From contig NC_043006.1 of the NCBI RefSeq assembly GCF_006345805.1, positions 41,416,001 through 41,480,000 of the forward strand: a stretch of DNA of 64,000 nt. Reading direction: 5' to 3'. The notes beneath the pieces were generated by a model that saw only the letters and a program-made list of their open reading frames with translations, made no database searches and was not told the DNA's origin. Positions 40,131 through 53,869 of this stretch are shown here, piece after piece (within the stretch, counting starts at the first letter, position 1; every line of letters starts with the position of its first letter). This DNA is from Octopus sinensis. Its lineage: Eukaryota. A program made the position numbers and the translations under genes.

Positions 40131-43040
40131 ACACATATACAAATCTGCATAGTGTATGAATGAACCAGTCTATATTCGTACAATGAATTTTATTTTTATT
40201 ACTACATATTACTATTATATACAACTCAATCAGGCTGCAACCAGACAGGTCAGTATACTATGACCGCCATTCAGGCTTAAATAATTTAACAAAGCATCCA
40301 TAACTGCGACGTATTTCCGGCAACATGATTGATTTATGAACATAGTGGAAGGCATACAATATGTGTGTGTGTTGTGTGTTGGTTGTGTGTGTGTGTGCAT
40401 GTGTGTATATATGAGTACATATATATGCATATCCAAAGATGTGTTTATATATATATATGTGTATATATATATATATATGGAAAATGGGGACTTAGTAAGT
40501 CCTGGCAAACACTTAGCACACACGAATAGTGTATTGTACAGGTAAAGTAATCAGAAAAACTTATTCAGTTAATCCAAATAACATTCCATTCAACTGAATA
40601 TTCCGAAAAAATTACCGCTTATGTGGTTTATACATTCGTCGTATAGCATTAAATTAACCAAAAGATTATTGAAGATGACGGTATTTCATTTTTTAATTAA
40701 TGATGCCCGTTTTAGTAATTGGAAGTGCTTTTTTATATGAATTCTCTTAGGGGCTATTAATATGAATTATGCAAATCCATACAAGTTTATAATTAAATTT
40801 CACTAGTCATTCCTTCAAACTAATTTATGTGTGGTAAAACTAAGTTTGATACTGCCCTTTATATCAGATATCGGGCTATTTAATATAATTAGGAATGTAG
40901 GATATAGAAGGCAAAGTTATAAGTTAGAAGCAGCGGGTTATCAGAAATTCAGTGGAGGGGGAGACTATACACAGATTTTCTTAGTAATTCCCCATACTAA
41001 GTCTAGTGTAACTGCTCAGGTCTACAACATGATGACAGATCAGAAAACGATTCTTTTATTGCACTCATACTATTGATGCAGAGATAAGTTAGGAATGGAA
41101 GCGGAAATGCTCGAAGAAGCTGAAGTTTACTTCTACTCTCAGAATAGTGCCTTAAATCGAGAGTTAAAAGGCGTAAAGGAAACACACCAAGATTAAAATG
41201 TTTCTAAACTATAAGGGGAAGAACTGTCTGCTAAAGTAAATGTAAAGGATATTGTTCATAATTATGAACAGAGAGGCTTTGATCACTTACCAATAGACTA
41301 AATATTTCAATTAGTTACGTAGGGAATTATTAATGCAGGGAGTTTCAAGATATAATGGACGTTACATAAATTTACCATTGATGAAGTGAAAATTAGTAAG
41401 AAGAATAACGACGTTATCCATAGCATAATTTAGTTCAATTAAGTCGGTTAATCGGAATTTTTAAGAGTGTTTTATTAAATCGATGGCAACACCTGAACAA
41501 TAATTCATCATGTCGGTTTATTAAATTAGACTCATATTTAAAGATCCCTTGTGACACAGAATACAATCGAATCTATCCCAACAACTTTATCTTGACGTGC
41601 AGAGCGTATAATTAACCACAGTATGGAATAATGAATTATCTTCATTTGAGTTCCCCAATTAATTTAGCTAATAAGGTGCTAAGTGCTTTTTCATCTTTAA
41701 TAGAGTTTACTTTATTCGATGTCATAACTGAGCATTTATATATTTAATGAGTTCTGAAACAGTGGCTAGTGAAAGGGCATTAGGCAGGATCCCTACAGTG
41801 ACACACCTTACGTTAGAGATATTTTCTGGAGAATCATTATTGAGTTTTTTTGCGTCAGTGTATGAGTCTGAATGCCAAGGCCTACTACCAAATTTCCCAA
41901 AACACTTTTACCTTGCATCATACGTTTAGCACTATTGGTATTCCTTGAAACAGAAGAAGAGTATAAGAAACGGCAACACGTGTGTGTTAGTTACGATTCG
42001 TGTTGGAAAATATTTTGAACATGAATGTTAACTAATGCGTTTTCTAATTTTCTTAGTTTTTTTCCTTACTCCAATGAAAGACAACAGCTAAAATCACAAG
42101 ATATTCTTAGACTTCTTTTCTTGTAGCGAGCAAATTTTATACCGATTTTGGATCTTCAGCTTTGTGTTTGTGTTCTTTCCAAGATAAGTCCTTAATTTTT
42201 ACAGCGATGAGCCGGAAATTAGTCATGGTCTCTTTGATTATAATTAATCGTTATTCAGATTAAGTTTTACACACACACACAGACACATGCACACGATCAC
42301 ACACACACATATACACAAATATGTGCGTACAATATATAATAGATAGAGAAGGGGTGAGAAAGATAGAATTAAGAAGAAAAATGCATGCATTTATAAATAT
42401 GTATACATGCATATCTGCATAAATATACAAACACACGCGCTCGCACGCACACAGTCAGTCACGTATTTACATTTTGGGTTCGCAAATTGATATTTCTGAG
42501 TGCGTATGCTTTTCTAAGTGTTGTAATCAATACAAACGTAGATGACGCCACACGATATAGTTTTTGTGCGTAAGTTTAACAGAGATAAAGATATTTATGT
42601 CTCTCCAAATGGTTTTGAAGCCATAAATATATCGACATAACTTATGCATATAACACACGCTTAATGTATGTGAATCACAGATTCTAAAATTCCAGAATGT
42701 TCATTAGTACCTGATAAGTTTAATTTCATTAATTAGTTTTGTTTATCTGTTTACTGAAGTAGCTGTTCCTGCGGCAAACATGAAAAAACATTCCCATCAT
42801 CACCGTTTCTCGAAAAAAACAATCAGTGACGATTGCATAATTAATTTTTGACTGTATATCTAAAAGTTGAGACTGTAAAACAAGGAGTGAAAGCAAGAAC
42901 CTTCTAAGTGGACGTAGTGACATTTTACGGTCACTCCGAATTGGAAGCTTTGACGCAATATCACGTACGCTTATATTGAATTAATAGCCTGAAAGAAAAT
43001 GTGGGGCATGTAAGTAAATAGTTAAAGTATTTACTTCATG

Positions 43041-43503
43041 GGATCTCTTCGGTTCGAACGGCATTTTTTAAAAAATAATTTCCACGTAACTAAACACTTT
43101 TAAAGTTTGTATACTGGTAGAATATGTTCATAAAATATCTTTTTCTCTTGGCTTTATTGAGAAAATTCTATAGTTTTTAAGATATTTGTTGTTTTCTTTT
43201 CTTCAATTTCTCCAATTTCAACCAATCACTGACGTCTATTGAGGTGGAAACATTCTGTGTCGTATGAATATGTCCCTCGTTTAAGAAACAGATTGAGTTT
43301 ATTTACATTTCTGAAGAAAAAAAGATACCCTTCCACCCACCCTAACCCTAACCCTAACCCCAACCCTATCCCTAACTAACCCTAACTAACTCTAACCCTA
43401 AAACAGATTGAAATGCAATGGATCGATACTAGGGTCATAATTATGGGTGATAATTTCATTTGACACCGCTAGAAAAAAACTGCCGTTCAAACCGAAAAGA
43501 TCC
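43041..43503. mobile_element. 463-bp MITE-like TIR element with internal telomeric (CCCTAA)n
   Basis: Left end GGATCTCTTCGGTTCGAACGGCATTTT; right end AAAACTGCCGTTCAAACCGAAAAGATCC (inverted, ~3 differences). (CCCTAA)-type repeats lie at 43340-43401. Confidence 0.8.
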
Positions 43504-44158
43504 ATTTCATGTATTTTACATTCAGGATCTGTATGTCAAAAAACGAATAAAATCAGAGCTGGTTGCATTATTACACCTTTACTATATATCTAAAATTTGA
43601 AGCGACGAGAAAAAAGAGTTAAAGCAACAACCTTCTGGGTAGAGGTTGCAATATTTTACCATCACAACATAAACGAGAGCAGTGCTGTCCACCTTGAAAA
43701 GTTGATAGGAAAATGTACATAAAATCTGCAGGTTTTAGATTAAGTAACAGCTATTTCGTATCAGATACTCTATTGTAGAGGAACAGAAACCTCAGTAAAA
43801 AATTAAGGCTAATACTTTAAGATGTTTAATGTCTTCTTTCAAAGCATTTGGAATAAATAAATTTAAATGGGTATGAAAGGTTTTCAATTCCCACCAATGG
43901 AGTACACGGCGAATGTATATGATTGGGGTTGCTATATTTTTAAAAAAAGCGTGCATTTCAAATGCAGAATTTTAACGAGCTGCATGGAAAAGTAAATCTT
44001 TAAAGTGAATTATGTAAACTCAGTCTGCAGGATTTTTGTTATTTATATGTCTTACCAAAACTAGACTCGCCAGACAGCAACGAAAAGCTTGATAATAGAA
44101 GATTGGATATGATCCAGTGCAGGTGGGAAGTTTTGCCAAAGTATTGGAAGCGCAAACT

Positions 44159-44211
<53 letters not shown>

Positions 44212-44352
44212 TTGTGTGTGTGTGTGTATATACATCTCAGATACACTTGTTAGAATTTACTTTCGTAAATGTGTGTATGCGGTTTTGTAGGATCTGGTAC
44301 GGATCTGTTAATTTTCAGTGATGGTCTTCGTATACAAATTAGGATGCCTGTG

Positions 44353-44412
<60 letters not shown>

Positions 44413-45304
44413 TCACACACATACACAAGCGCGCACACACTCACACTTACACTTACACACACATACATGCACATATGGATGAATGTATGCATGCACGTGT
44501 CATGCATAGGTGAAAGTATTAGATTGTATTGAAAAATGTTGAAATAAAAATTACTGACGTTTCGACTTCACCCGCTTATTCAATCACTGCATACATGCAT
44601 AGATATAAATGCGCGCGCACACACAGGCGCATACATACACACACGCACACATATAAATACACGTGAATTTCTGTTTATTCACAAATAAGCGATAGATACT
44701 GGTGTCAAAACAGATGTTTTTTGTGTTATGATGGGGCAGAATATAAAATACAAGACTTTTTATTTTTGCTGTCATATTAGAAAAGTTTATAAAGACGTGG
44801 CATTATGTGTGATGTCTAACTTATTCACAAACACATATACGTACATACACACATCCACGCTCACGTCTCTCAACAAATTTGCTTGTCTAATTGTCAAACG
44901 CTGACGCAATATTATAATACATGATAAACGTTGTCATAGCAACACGTCTAATCTTGTCATAGCTTGATGAATTCTATTTTTTAACATCTAGAAAACTAAA
45001 AATAATTTTCATATATTAATTTCAATCAGAACGATGAAAGTTCTGCAAATATCCAAAGACTCTTCCCTATATTTATTGATTCGTCTGTTCAATTTGTATT
45101 TAAATGAGTTTAATGAAGTTTTGTTATTCTGTACGGAAATATTTCTCCTCTTTATTTTTACTGTTTTTTTTTGTTCTTATCACAGAATATATCATCGCAG
45201 TCCACTTCTTCTGAAGTTTCTCATTAGTTTTCCAACGTAATTTTCTCACACTTTTTTCGTGTGATCGTTATATAATGTCAAGCAAAACACTAGGGCTGCT
45301 GTGT

Positions 45305-45780
<476 letters not shown>

Positions 45781-45781
45781 A

Positions 45782-47026
45782 TTAGATTATCTAGAAGGTT
45801 CTGAGAGTTTATTGATATGCAAAAAAGGGATATAAATAATTGACCTTTCAATAAATTGTGTTAAAAAAATTAAATTCCATTATTGTTAATGACTTTTGCC
45901 CATCTATCAGGCAATTTAAATATTCTATCAGCATAATATTTAACTGCTTTTGAAGAAAAAAAAATTATCTAGATGCATTTTGACCTCATCTAAATCGTTA
46001 ATTGTTTTTTCTTGGATGAGTTCTGTAGAAACAAAAACAACCGGTAGTCGGATGGTGCAATATCAGGAAGATATGGTGGATGAGGTAAGAGATCCCAGCC
46101 AAGTTTATGTAACTTCATTCGGGTAGCAGAGGTACATGTGGTCGGGCATTGTCTTGTTCGATCACTACTCCTTTCTTGTTGGCAATCTCTGGCCTCATAT
46201 CTTTTAATTTTTGGGTTCAAATTAGCCAGCTGATGAAAATACACATCAGAATGAATAATCTGGTTTCGTGAGAGAAGCTCATAATAAATAATGCCTTTAT
46301 GTTCCCACCAAAAGCAAAGCATAGCTTTTGGGGTATGGATATTCGTCATTGGTTATTGTTATGGGAGATCCTTACGCAAATTCCAGGATCATTTTTGCAG
46401 TACGTTTTCATATATCTCCAGTCACAAGTTGTTTAAAAAAAAGGCATGCTTTCATTCCGTTTGGAAACCATATCATAAACGGAATACCGGTCCAAGAATT
46501 TCCTCTCTGAGAGTTTGTGAAGGTCTCATACATAAATTCGAGAAATGTATCATAGCCTCACTAAGTATTTATGAGCCGTACTTCTAGAAACTTTCAACTG
46601 CTCTGCAAGTTGTCTAGTCGTAATATGTGAGATTTTTGCCTTCAAAACAGTTTCATCAAATTTTAAAGACCTTCCACCGCCGCGACTGTCATCTTCTACG
46701 ATAAACTCTCCAGTTTTAACTTTTGCAAACCACCTTAGAACAGTTGATTCAGCTACAGCATCATCACCATAAACTTCACAAATGTTTTTGCAAGTCTTTG
46801 CAGCATTTTCTCCTGTTTAAAAAAAAAAAGAGAAAAGTATTACAACGCGAATATGAAATTTTTGGTTATCTATTTCAAATGTCAATAAAAGGTAACAAGA
46901 AGGAAAGATAAATCTGTTTTTAGCCAGGAGCAAAGAGGAGATGCACTACCGTTTCAATCAACGCCAAAGTTTTAACTGTTGCATTTCAGGTGTGTTCAAT
47001 GAAGTGTTAAAATATTTAACTTAATA
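45782..47026 (-). mobile_element. Degenerate mariner element (right boundary approximate)
   Basis: Segments ICEVYGDDAVAESTVLRWFAKVK, KAMLCFWWEHKGIIYYELL, LHKLGWDLLPHPPYLPDIAPSDYRLF and DRWAKVINNNG; left TIR-like TTAGATTATCTAGAAGGTTCTG after TA. Confidence 0.85.
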
Positions 47027-47070
47027 AAGGCTTGCCGGACAACTGAACTGTTAGATAAACAGACAGACAT

Positions 47071-47160
<90 letters not shown>

Positions 47161-47528
47161 CAATTTATTTCTGTGTCCGCACAAGTTTTTGTGTGCGTAT
47201 ACAGTGACATTATTTTTAAATAATGAATCTAACTGCAGTCGCTGCAAAATCGATTGATTCTCCTTTTAACATTGGTTTCAAAAGTATGGAAGTCAACAAG
47301 TAGCTTGAACTGAACTTTGATTCAAGACATAAACAAACATAAATAGTGATTTATGCGACACCCAAGGTTAGATGACTTAATAGTGTTGATTGTCAGTTTA
47401 AACGTCTGTTCTTTGTCTACTCTAGCAAAAGAGATCCACCAAAGACAGAAGCAGTGATATGGCGTTGTGACATTTTGTGTTTTCTGCAGCTATGACAATT
47501 TACTACGCCAACTCAATAACTGTTAGGT

Positions 47529-47940
47529 GCAGGAGTGACTGTGTGGTAAGTTACTTACCAACCACCTGTTCTGGGTTCAGTCCCACTGCGTGGCAACTTG
47601 GGCAAGTGTTCTCTATTATAGCCTCGGGCCGACCAAAGCCTTGTGAGTGGTTTTGGTAGACGGAAACTGAAAGCCAATCGTATATATGTATATATATGTA
47701 TATGTGTGTGTATGTGTGTGTATGTGTTTGTATGTCTGTGTTTGCCCCCCCCCAACATCGCTTGACAACCGATGCTGGTGTGTTTACATCCCCGTTACTT
47801 AGTGGTTCGGCAAAAGGGCCCGTTAGAATAAGTACTAGGCTCACAAAGAATAAGTCCTGGAATCGATTTGCTCGATTAAAGGCGGTGCTCCAGCATGGCC
47901 GCAGTCAAATGACTGAAACAAATAAAAGAGTAAAAGAGTA
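47529..47940 (+). mobile_element. Full-length SINE family C composite (tRNA head, CORE-like body, microsatellite, tail)
   Basis: GCAGGAGTGACTGTGTGGTAAG..GGTTCAGTCCCACTGCGTGGCAACTTGGGCAAGTG..CTTGACAACCGATGCTGGTGTG..TAAAAGAGTAAAAGAG. Confidence 0.9.
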
Positions 47941-48084
47941 TGCTACACAGCACACTTAAAAACAGAACATGTTGCAGACAGACAATTGATAAAGCCTACG
48001 GATATCGCGTTTCGGAAGGAAAAGAGTAGTAGCAGTGGTGTTGTTGTTGTTGGTGGTGGTGGTGCTAGTAGTAGTAACTGAACA

Positions 48085-48300
48085 ACATGTGTATATGCTT
48101 ATACTGTATAATAATGATATCAAAAAATACCTTAGGAATGAGAACCCAGGTTCGAAATTTAGCCAAGACACCTGATGAAGGCTGGAGGGTATATCAGCTG
48201 AAATGTTGTTTTAACAACAAACAAGATGAGGACAAATATCCATCAAATGTAAATAATGTAAATAATGTACATAATTCCTCACTCTTAAATATAGAATTGT
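48085..48300 (+). mobile_element. Short non-autonomous PLE-like repeat carrying a hammerhead motif (boundaries approximate)
   Basis: No ORF; contains the hammerhead-like motif at 48167 and ends in (AAATAATGT)n-like repeats. Confidence 0.45.
48167..48212 (+). ncRNA. Minimal type-I hammerhead-like motif, core intact
   Basis: GACAC-CTGATGA-A-GGCTG-GAGGGTATAT-CAGCT-GAAA-TG-TT-GTTTT; one stem-I mismatch, and stem III looks CpG-decayed from AACGTT. Confidence 0.6.
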
Positions 48301-48320
48301 GTTTATGTATGCGTATCTAG

Positions 48321-48640
48321 CGAAGACGCATGACCTAGTGGTTATGGCATTCGCTTCACCGTCGTGATTTTGATTCCCGGCGGCGTGTTGTGTTTTTGAG
48401 TAAAACACTTTATTTCTTCTTGATCCAGTCCAGTCAATTGGTAAAAATGAGTTGTACCTGTATTTCAAAGGGCCAGAGTTGTCGCACTATGTATCACGCT
48501 GAATCTCCAAAAGAATTACGTTAAGCCTACCCCACCCCGTCTCTTTGCAGGGTGCTCAGCCACTTGCACGTTCATTCTACGAGCAGGTTGTCCTGGTGAT
48601 AGGATCATCTGAAAACGTGACCGTTGTAATCTACAGAGGG
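48321..48640 (+). mobile_element. Diverged CORE-like tRNA SINE, head B
   Basis: GAAGACGCATGACCTAGTGGTTA..GATTCCCGG..TTTGAGTAAAACACT..CCAGTCCAGTCAATTGGTAAAAATGAGTTGTACC. Confidence 0.65.
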
Positions 48641-48779
48641 CCAGTATTACACACACACACAAACACACATACACACACGTGTGTGTGTGTGTTCTAGCGC
48701 CGTTACAGGCGCATAACTTTCAGAAATCGTAAAATATAAACAAATTCATGGTAGTAATTTAATAAATACGTGCGTATAA

Positions 48780-48832
<53 letters not shown>

Positions 48833-48856
48833 TATGAAGACTGTATTTGTAGATGT

Positions 48857-48975
48857 GACCTCGGCGGAATTTGAACTCAGAACGTAAAGACAGACGAAAT
48901 TCCGCCAAGCATACTTCAACTAACCTAGCTAGATACTGTTCATGCCTAAACACTGCTTAGCACTAACACTTCGAT
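48857..48975 (-). mobile_element. Chimeric SINE family M fragment (copy 1 of a local duplication)
   Basis: SINE head interrupted by the same unique 45-bp segment as 49364-49482. Confidence 0.75.
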
Positions 48976-49244
48976 GTGATAGAGTTCTCCCGCCTAAACA
49001 TACGCATATTATCGTATGTGCGGAGAAAACATCAGTTTCTCGTGATAGGAAATCAATTTATAACAGCAGGAATTTTCTTAGCACATATTATAAGAGAAAT
49101 GTGCAGTACTCCATACAGAGTTTTTAATTTTAACAGTTTTTCATTTAAAATGACAGCAGATGAAATAAAAGTATATTTATAACATTAGTGTTAAGTATTA
49201 AAAAAAGGATGCTTGCATATACGCATAAATCTTCATATAGTCCT

Positions 49245-49482
49245 TTCTACTATAGGCACTAGGCCTGATATTTTGAGGGTGTGGAGGGGTAGTCGATTTG
49301 ATCGACCCTAGTACGGAACTGATAATAAATTTATCGACCCCCAAAAAGTTGAAAGGCAAAGTCGACCTCGGCGGAATTTGAACTCAGAACTTAAAGACTG
49401 ACGAAATACCGCTAAGCACACTTCAACTAACCTAGCTAGATATTGTTCATGCCTAAACACTGCTTAGCGCTAACATTTCGAT
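49245..49482 (-). mobile_element. Chimeric SINE family M (copy 2 of a local duplication)
   Basis: Tail, central domain and head are present; the head is interrupted at GCTAAGCA by a unique segment ending TGCTTAGCG. Confidence 0.8.
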
Positions 49483-49554
49483 ATATATATATATAGTAAA
49501 TAATATTTAGTTTTGCGGGGTTTGAAACCGGCGTGTTTAAATTTCTAGTCTAAA

Positions 49555-50240
49555 TTATCCATGCTGCGTTGTATGACCTTTTCAGTCATTTTCTATGCTA
49601 TGTCGAATCTCCTGCTATTCTGCCGTTCAGGCAATGCTTGTGGAAATGGTTCAACCGCATCTTTCTATAGAGGGTTGGTAGAGTGCAAATGTGACGATAC
49701 CTTAGAGGAGACCCTAGGTCCCGACTATAACCAGCCGGCCATGTTCCAACATACATTCGGGCCGAAGATCCTGGATAACTTTCAGAAGTCACTAGCTTGG
49801 CAGTGTTACCGAGAAGACCTACCTGTTCGGGACAAGCTCACAAGGCGTGGTGACCACGGCCCATCGACCTGGAGAAGCTGTGGGCAGGGTAGGAAAACCG
49901 TCCTGCATGCTATTGTTCAGTGTTCGGAGGTGTCAGACATGTGGGTTTATGCTGAACATCTGTTGTCAAGTACAAGAAGAGTACAGCTATCGACTAAGTC
50001 AATAGTAAAAATTGACCCGCCTGATTTCATATCGGATTTGTTATCTCTTTGTAGTAGCCAATGCGAAAGAGGTGATTTGAAAGACCAGACTGCAAGCTTT
50101 AAAGTCAGGCACCTTCATCTTCGGCCCGGCCTTAGTAAATTTCTCCACCTTTTACATTTTAAGGAAATAGGACTAGAGAGTAAATGCCATTAAGAATTGA
50201 GCTTTTTGGACGTACTCTTGTGTGAGAGGAATATAAAACA
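49555..50240 (+). mobile_element. Tx1/L1-clade LINE ORF2 C-terminal fragment (zinc-knuckle region)
   Basis: LDNFQKSLAWQCYREDLPVRDKL...SCGQGRKTVLHAIVQC matches the L1/Tx1 'W...LP...L' plus CCHC (Cx2C..ET..H...C) tail; frameshifted downstream. Confidence 0.7.
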
Positions 50241-50597
50241 AAAACATTTACAAAATATTTCTAGTCGGTTGATATTATTTTATCTTAGTTTAGTTTTTTA
50301 GTTGCATGACAGGCGTTAGAATTTTAATGAATTTTAAGACCTTTATATTTACCTTTTTGATAGGCCGTTCTTTATATTTGTATTTTATTCTCAAATATAT
50401 TTCTACCTTCTGTGCTTTTATATATGTGTATATTTTTATATGTTTAAGAACCATGGTAATATTTATATAAGATAAAATTTTTGAGGAAGTCGTTGATTCG
50501 AATTTGATGTTTTTTCCAAGATCAATATTTTTTTATCGTTGTCTCATTTACATTTGAGCACTTCCTTTTTGCAGTCCTATAAACCCTTTCGTTTCCA

Positions 50598-50755
50598 TAG
50601 CTTGCTTACCAACCATATGGTTCCGGTTTTATTCCCACTGCGTGGCACCTTGCGCTAGCGTCTTCTACTATAGCCTCGTGCCGACCAAAGCCTTGTGAGT
50701 GGATTTAGTAGACGGAAACTGAAAGAAGCCCGTCGTATATATGTATGTGTGAATG

Positions 50756-50798
<43 letters not shown>

Positions 50799-50990
50799 CT
50801 GTGTTTGTCCCCCCTAACATCGCTTGACAACTGATGCTGGTGTGTTTACGCCCCCGTCACTTAGCGGTTCGGCAAAAGAGACCGATCGAATAAGTACTAG
50901 GCTCACAAAGAATAAGTCCTGGGGTCGATTTGCTCTACTAAAGGCGGTGCTCCAGCATGGCCACAGTCAAATGACTGAAACAATTAAAGG
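50598..50990 (+). mobile_element. SINE family C composite
   Basis: Same head, body and tail as 47529-47940. Confidence 0.9.
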
Positions 50991-50991
50991 A

Positions 50992-51042
<51 letters not shown>

Positions 51043-51221
51043 ATCAACGCAGTTGTACTATGTAGTAACATTCGTAGCTACTTCAACATGGCTGTCCGTT
51101 TGAACGGACTCTATTGCGAGCAGGGAAGCGAATCCCTACCACCTGCTAGTGACGGGACCAGCAAACGAGTTCTAGTTTCGGGTTATTTCTGCCACTCTTC
51201 TCTACTGGATACATCTGCTAG

Positions 51222-51384
51222 TCGAACAAACTGACCCCAGGACTTATTCTTTGTATGCCTATTACTTATTCTATCAGTCTCTTTTGTCGAACTACTATGT
51301 TACGGGGACGTAAATACACCAGCATCGGTAGTCAAGCGATGACGGGTGAAAAAACACACAAGCACAAAGACATATACACGAGCG

Positions 51385-51432
<48 letters not shown>

Positions 51433-51587
51433 CACGACGGGCGTATTTCAGATCCCGTCTACCAAATCCACCTAAAAGGCTTTGGTCGGTCAGAGACTAT
51501 TTCAGAAGGCTTGCCCAAGGTGCCACAAGTAGGACTGAACCCGGAACCATGTGGTTGGCAAGCAAGTTACTTACCACACAGCCACTT
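51222..51587 (-). mobile_element. SINE family C composite
   Basis: Reverse-complement tail, (CA)n, then CGTCTACCAAATCCAC..CTTGCCCAAGGTGCCAC..TTACCACACAGCCAC. Confidence 0.85.
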
Positions 51588-51842
51588 CTGTGCCATACGT
51601 ACAAATTTTATATACTGTTTCTATAATGTCATGGTGGAATTTCAGAACTAGTTATTGATATAACTTGCAAAATTACGCACTTCAAATATACGTTAAGATA
51701 GTTTTGAAATCTGGCCATGACTGTACGGACACATTGCATATATATATATTTTGAAAAACGAAGAACAAAGAAAAAAAAAAACAACGCGAGGACGTGGTAC
51801 ATGTAAAGTATTAGTAGACGCTCAAGGAAGGAATGAAAGGTG

Positions 51843-51877
51843 GTTTTACATTTCGAGCGAAGCTCTTCTTCGGAAAC
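51843..51877 (-). ncRNA. Very compact hammerhead-like motif (U4C variant)
   Basis: GTTT-CCGAAGA-A-GAGC-TTC-GCTC-GAAA-TG-TA-AAAC. Confidence 0.5.
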
Positions 51878-53199
51878 AGGAGACGGAGGAAAGTTCAATA
51901 GAAAAGGAAGACGGAAGGAAAAAAATCGCCAATGATTTGCATGTATTTCCGGCAACATGATTGATTTATGAACATGGTGGAGAACATACAATGTGTGTGT
52001 GTGTGTGTGTGCTTGTATGTATATTCATACATAAATACCTATATGTGTGTACGCGTGTGTGTGCAAGCGTGTGCGTGCATCTTTGTGTAAAAAAAAATAC
52101 TGCTTTTCGACAAACGAAAGAAAATTGTACTCTGTGAATGTTGATTATATTTTTACTCGGATTCCTTTCTCTCACTCGAGTTCCAAGTCAAAACCATCGT
52201 TTGATGACATTTTCTATTCATGTGTTTTTGTTTTCTCATACGAATCTCGTTGTTGCTCATACATTTGTTTGTTTTCCTCGTATCTGCCGGTTGATCTCTG
52301 CTGTTTCTTTTCGTTCTTATGTTATTAGTACTAGGACGTCATTTTCTGTTTATTTGGTTGGTTTTCTAAAGCTTTGTTTCTCATCTTATTTTATTTGACA
52401 CTTAAAACATTACCAAGATATGTATTTTGCTTTTGTTGACTATCTTTATATTTACGACATTCTAGTAATTGCCTATGATATGTTTTTTAAAAAAATTATG
52501 TCTTTGTTGCTTTTGTGTTTATAAACGTTTTTGGTTAAGATCAGCCAGTATAAACATACCGTTTAAACAAAAGAACAAACCAACTACGAGTTAGGTGAAA
52601 GAACAGAAATACTGAGAAATAGCTTCAGCCTCAGAATCCGTCTGCTTCTGTACATAGAAACTAGATAATGCTATATGATCAAGGTAGAAATGTAATTAAA
52701 GATTAGCCATCAATTTTTTTCCGTTATTTGCTAGAGTAACTACATTCTCGTCTATTTTACAGCTAATTTCTAGAATATGACGTTTTATATACAACTATAA
52801 TATTTGAACTGACACAGACTGTGAAATTTATGTATATATGTAATCACTGTGTTGAATAATTAATCATAATTCATATAATAAGACCAAATTAAAAAAAAGA
52901 CAGTTTTACGGCTATATATTTAAGTATAATTTCAAGTCGTAGAAAACAAGAACACAAACTGAAATAAAAGCGAATAACCAATAACGATCAATAATATCTT
53001 CTATCTACATCGCATAGCAAATGGAAATATTTCTACTGCGGGAAACAGCAGTCGTTCAATGTATCTAGATGGACTTTTGATCAATACATACCAGTAGGTT
53101 CTCTGTTTGCTTCCGGTGGCGTCGAAAAGTAAGGTTACTCATTGGGAGTGTTGTGTCAATATTTCTTTCAAATTTATCGGAGAGGGAGAGAGTGGATTA

Positions 53200-53560
53200 C
53201 ATCTTACCTGGTGCTCAACCGGTATCTTTTTTTCTTTATCAAACTCGAAAGGATGAAACGCAATGTTGACATCAGCTAGATTTGACCTAAGAGCGTAAAT
53301 GTCAGAAAAGTTTTTGCTAAAATACTGTTTGACGTGCTAAACATTGCACCAGCTCGCTGCCTTCGAGAATTCTGATAATATTAATTCCAGCTTTTGGCAC
53401 AAGATCTCCAATTTCAGAGAAGGGGATAAGTCGATTACATCCATCCTATTCTTCAGGCAAATATGGCCTCGGCGGAATTTGAACTTTGAACGTAAAGATA
53501 GACAAAATGCCGCAGAGTACTTTACCTGTGGTGCTAATGATTCTGGTAGCTCACTTTCCT
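53200..53560 (-). mobile_element. Two old SINE family M copies
   Basis: CGAAAGGATGAAACGCAATGTTGAC and CCTCGGCGGAATTTGAACT units. Confidence 0.6.
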
Positions 53561-53869
53561 TCTGTATTGGGATAACATTCCTATGGGATCTTCAGCTAAA
53601 CGACAACCAATTCGATCATTGAGACTTGTGAAATATCGAGTAATGAGAGACTGTGAATATGTCGTTCATAAGAGATTGAGCGACGCTGGTATCATAAAAT
53701 TGTTGTTCGCAAAATAAAACTGTGACGTATTTACTGAGAGGCATGATGTTTGCTGTGTTTGTGTGGTGGTTCTCATTGCGGATAGAGTTTGTATTAGTGA
53801 TAGGCAAAAAAAAAAAATAGACAAAAAACGCAAAATTTCCCTGAAAATTAGGACCATCAAATCGTAGGT

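Noticed and set aside
44550-44590. GAAA-CG-TC motif on the minus strand
   Set aside because: No CUGANGA-like core or pairing stems upstream.
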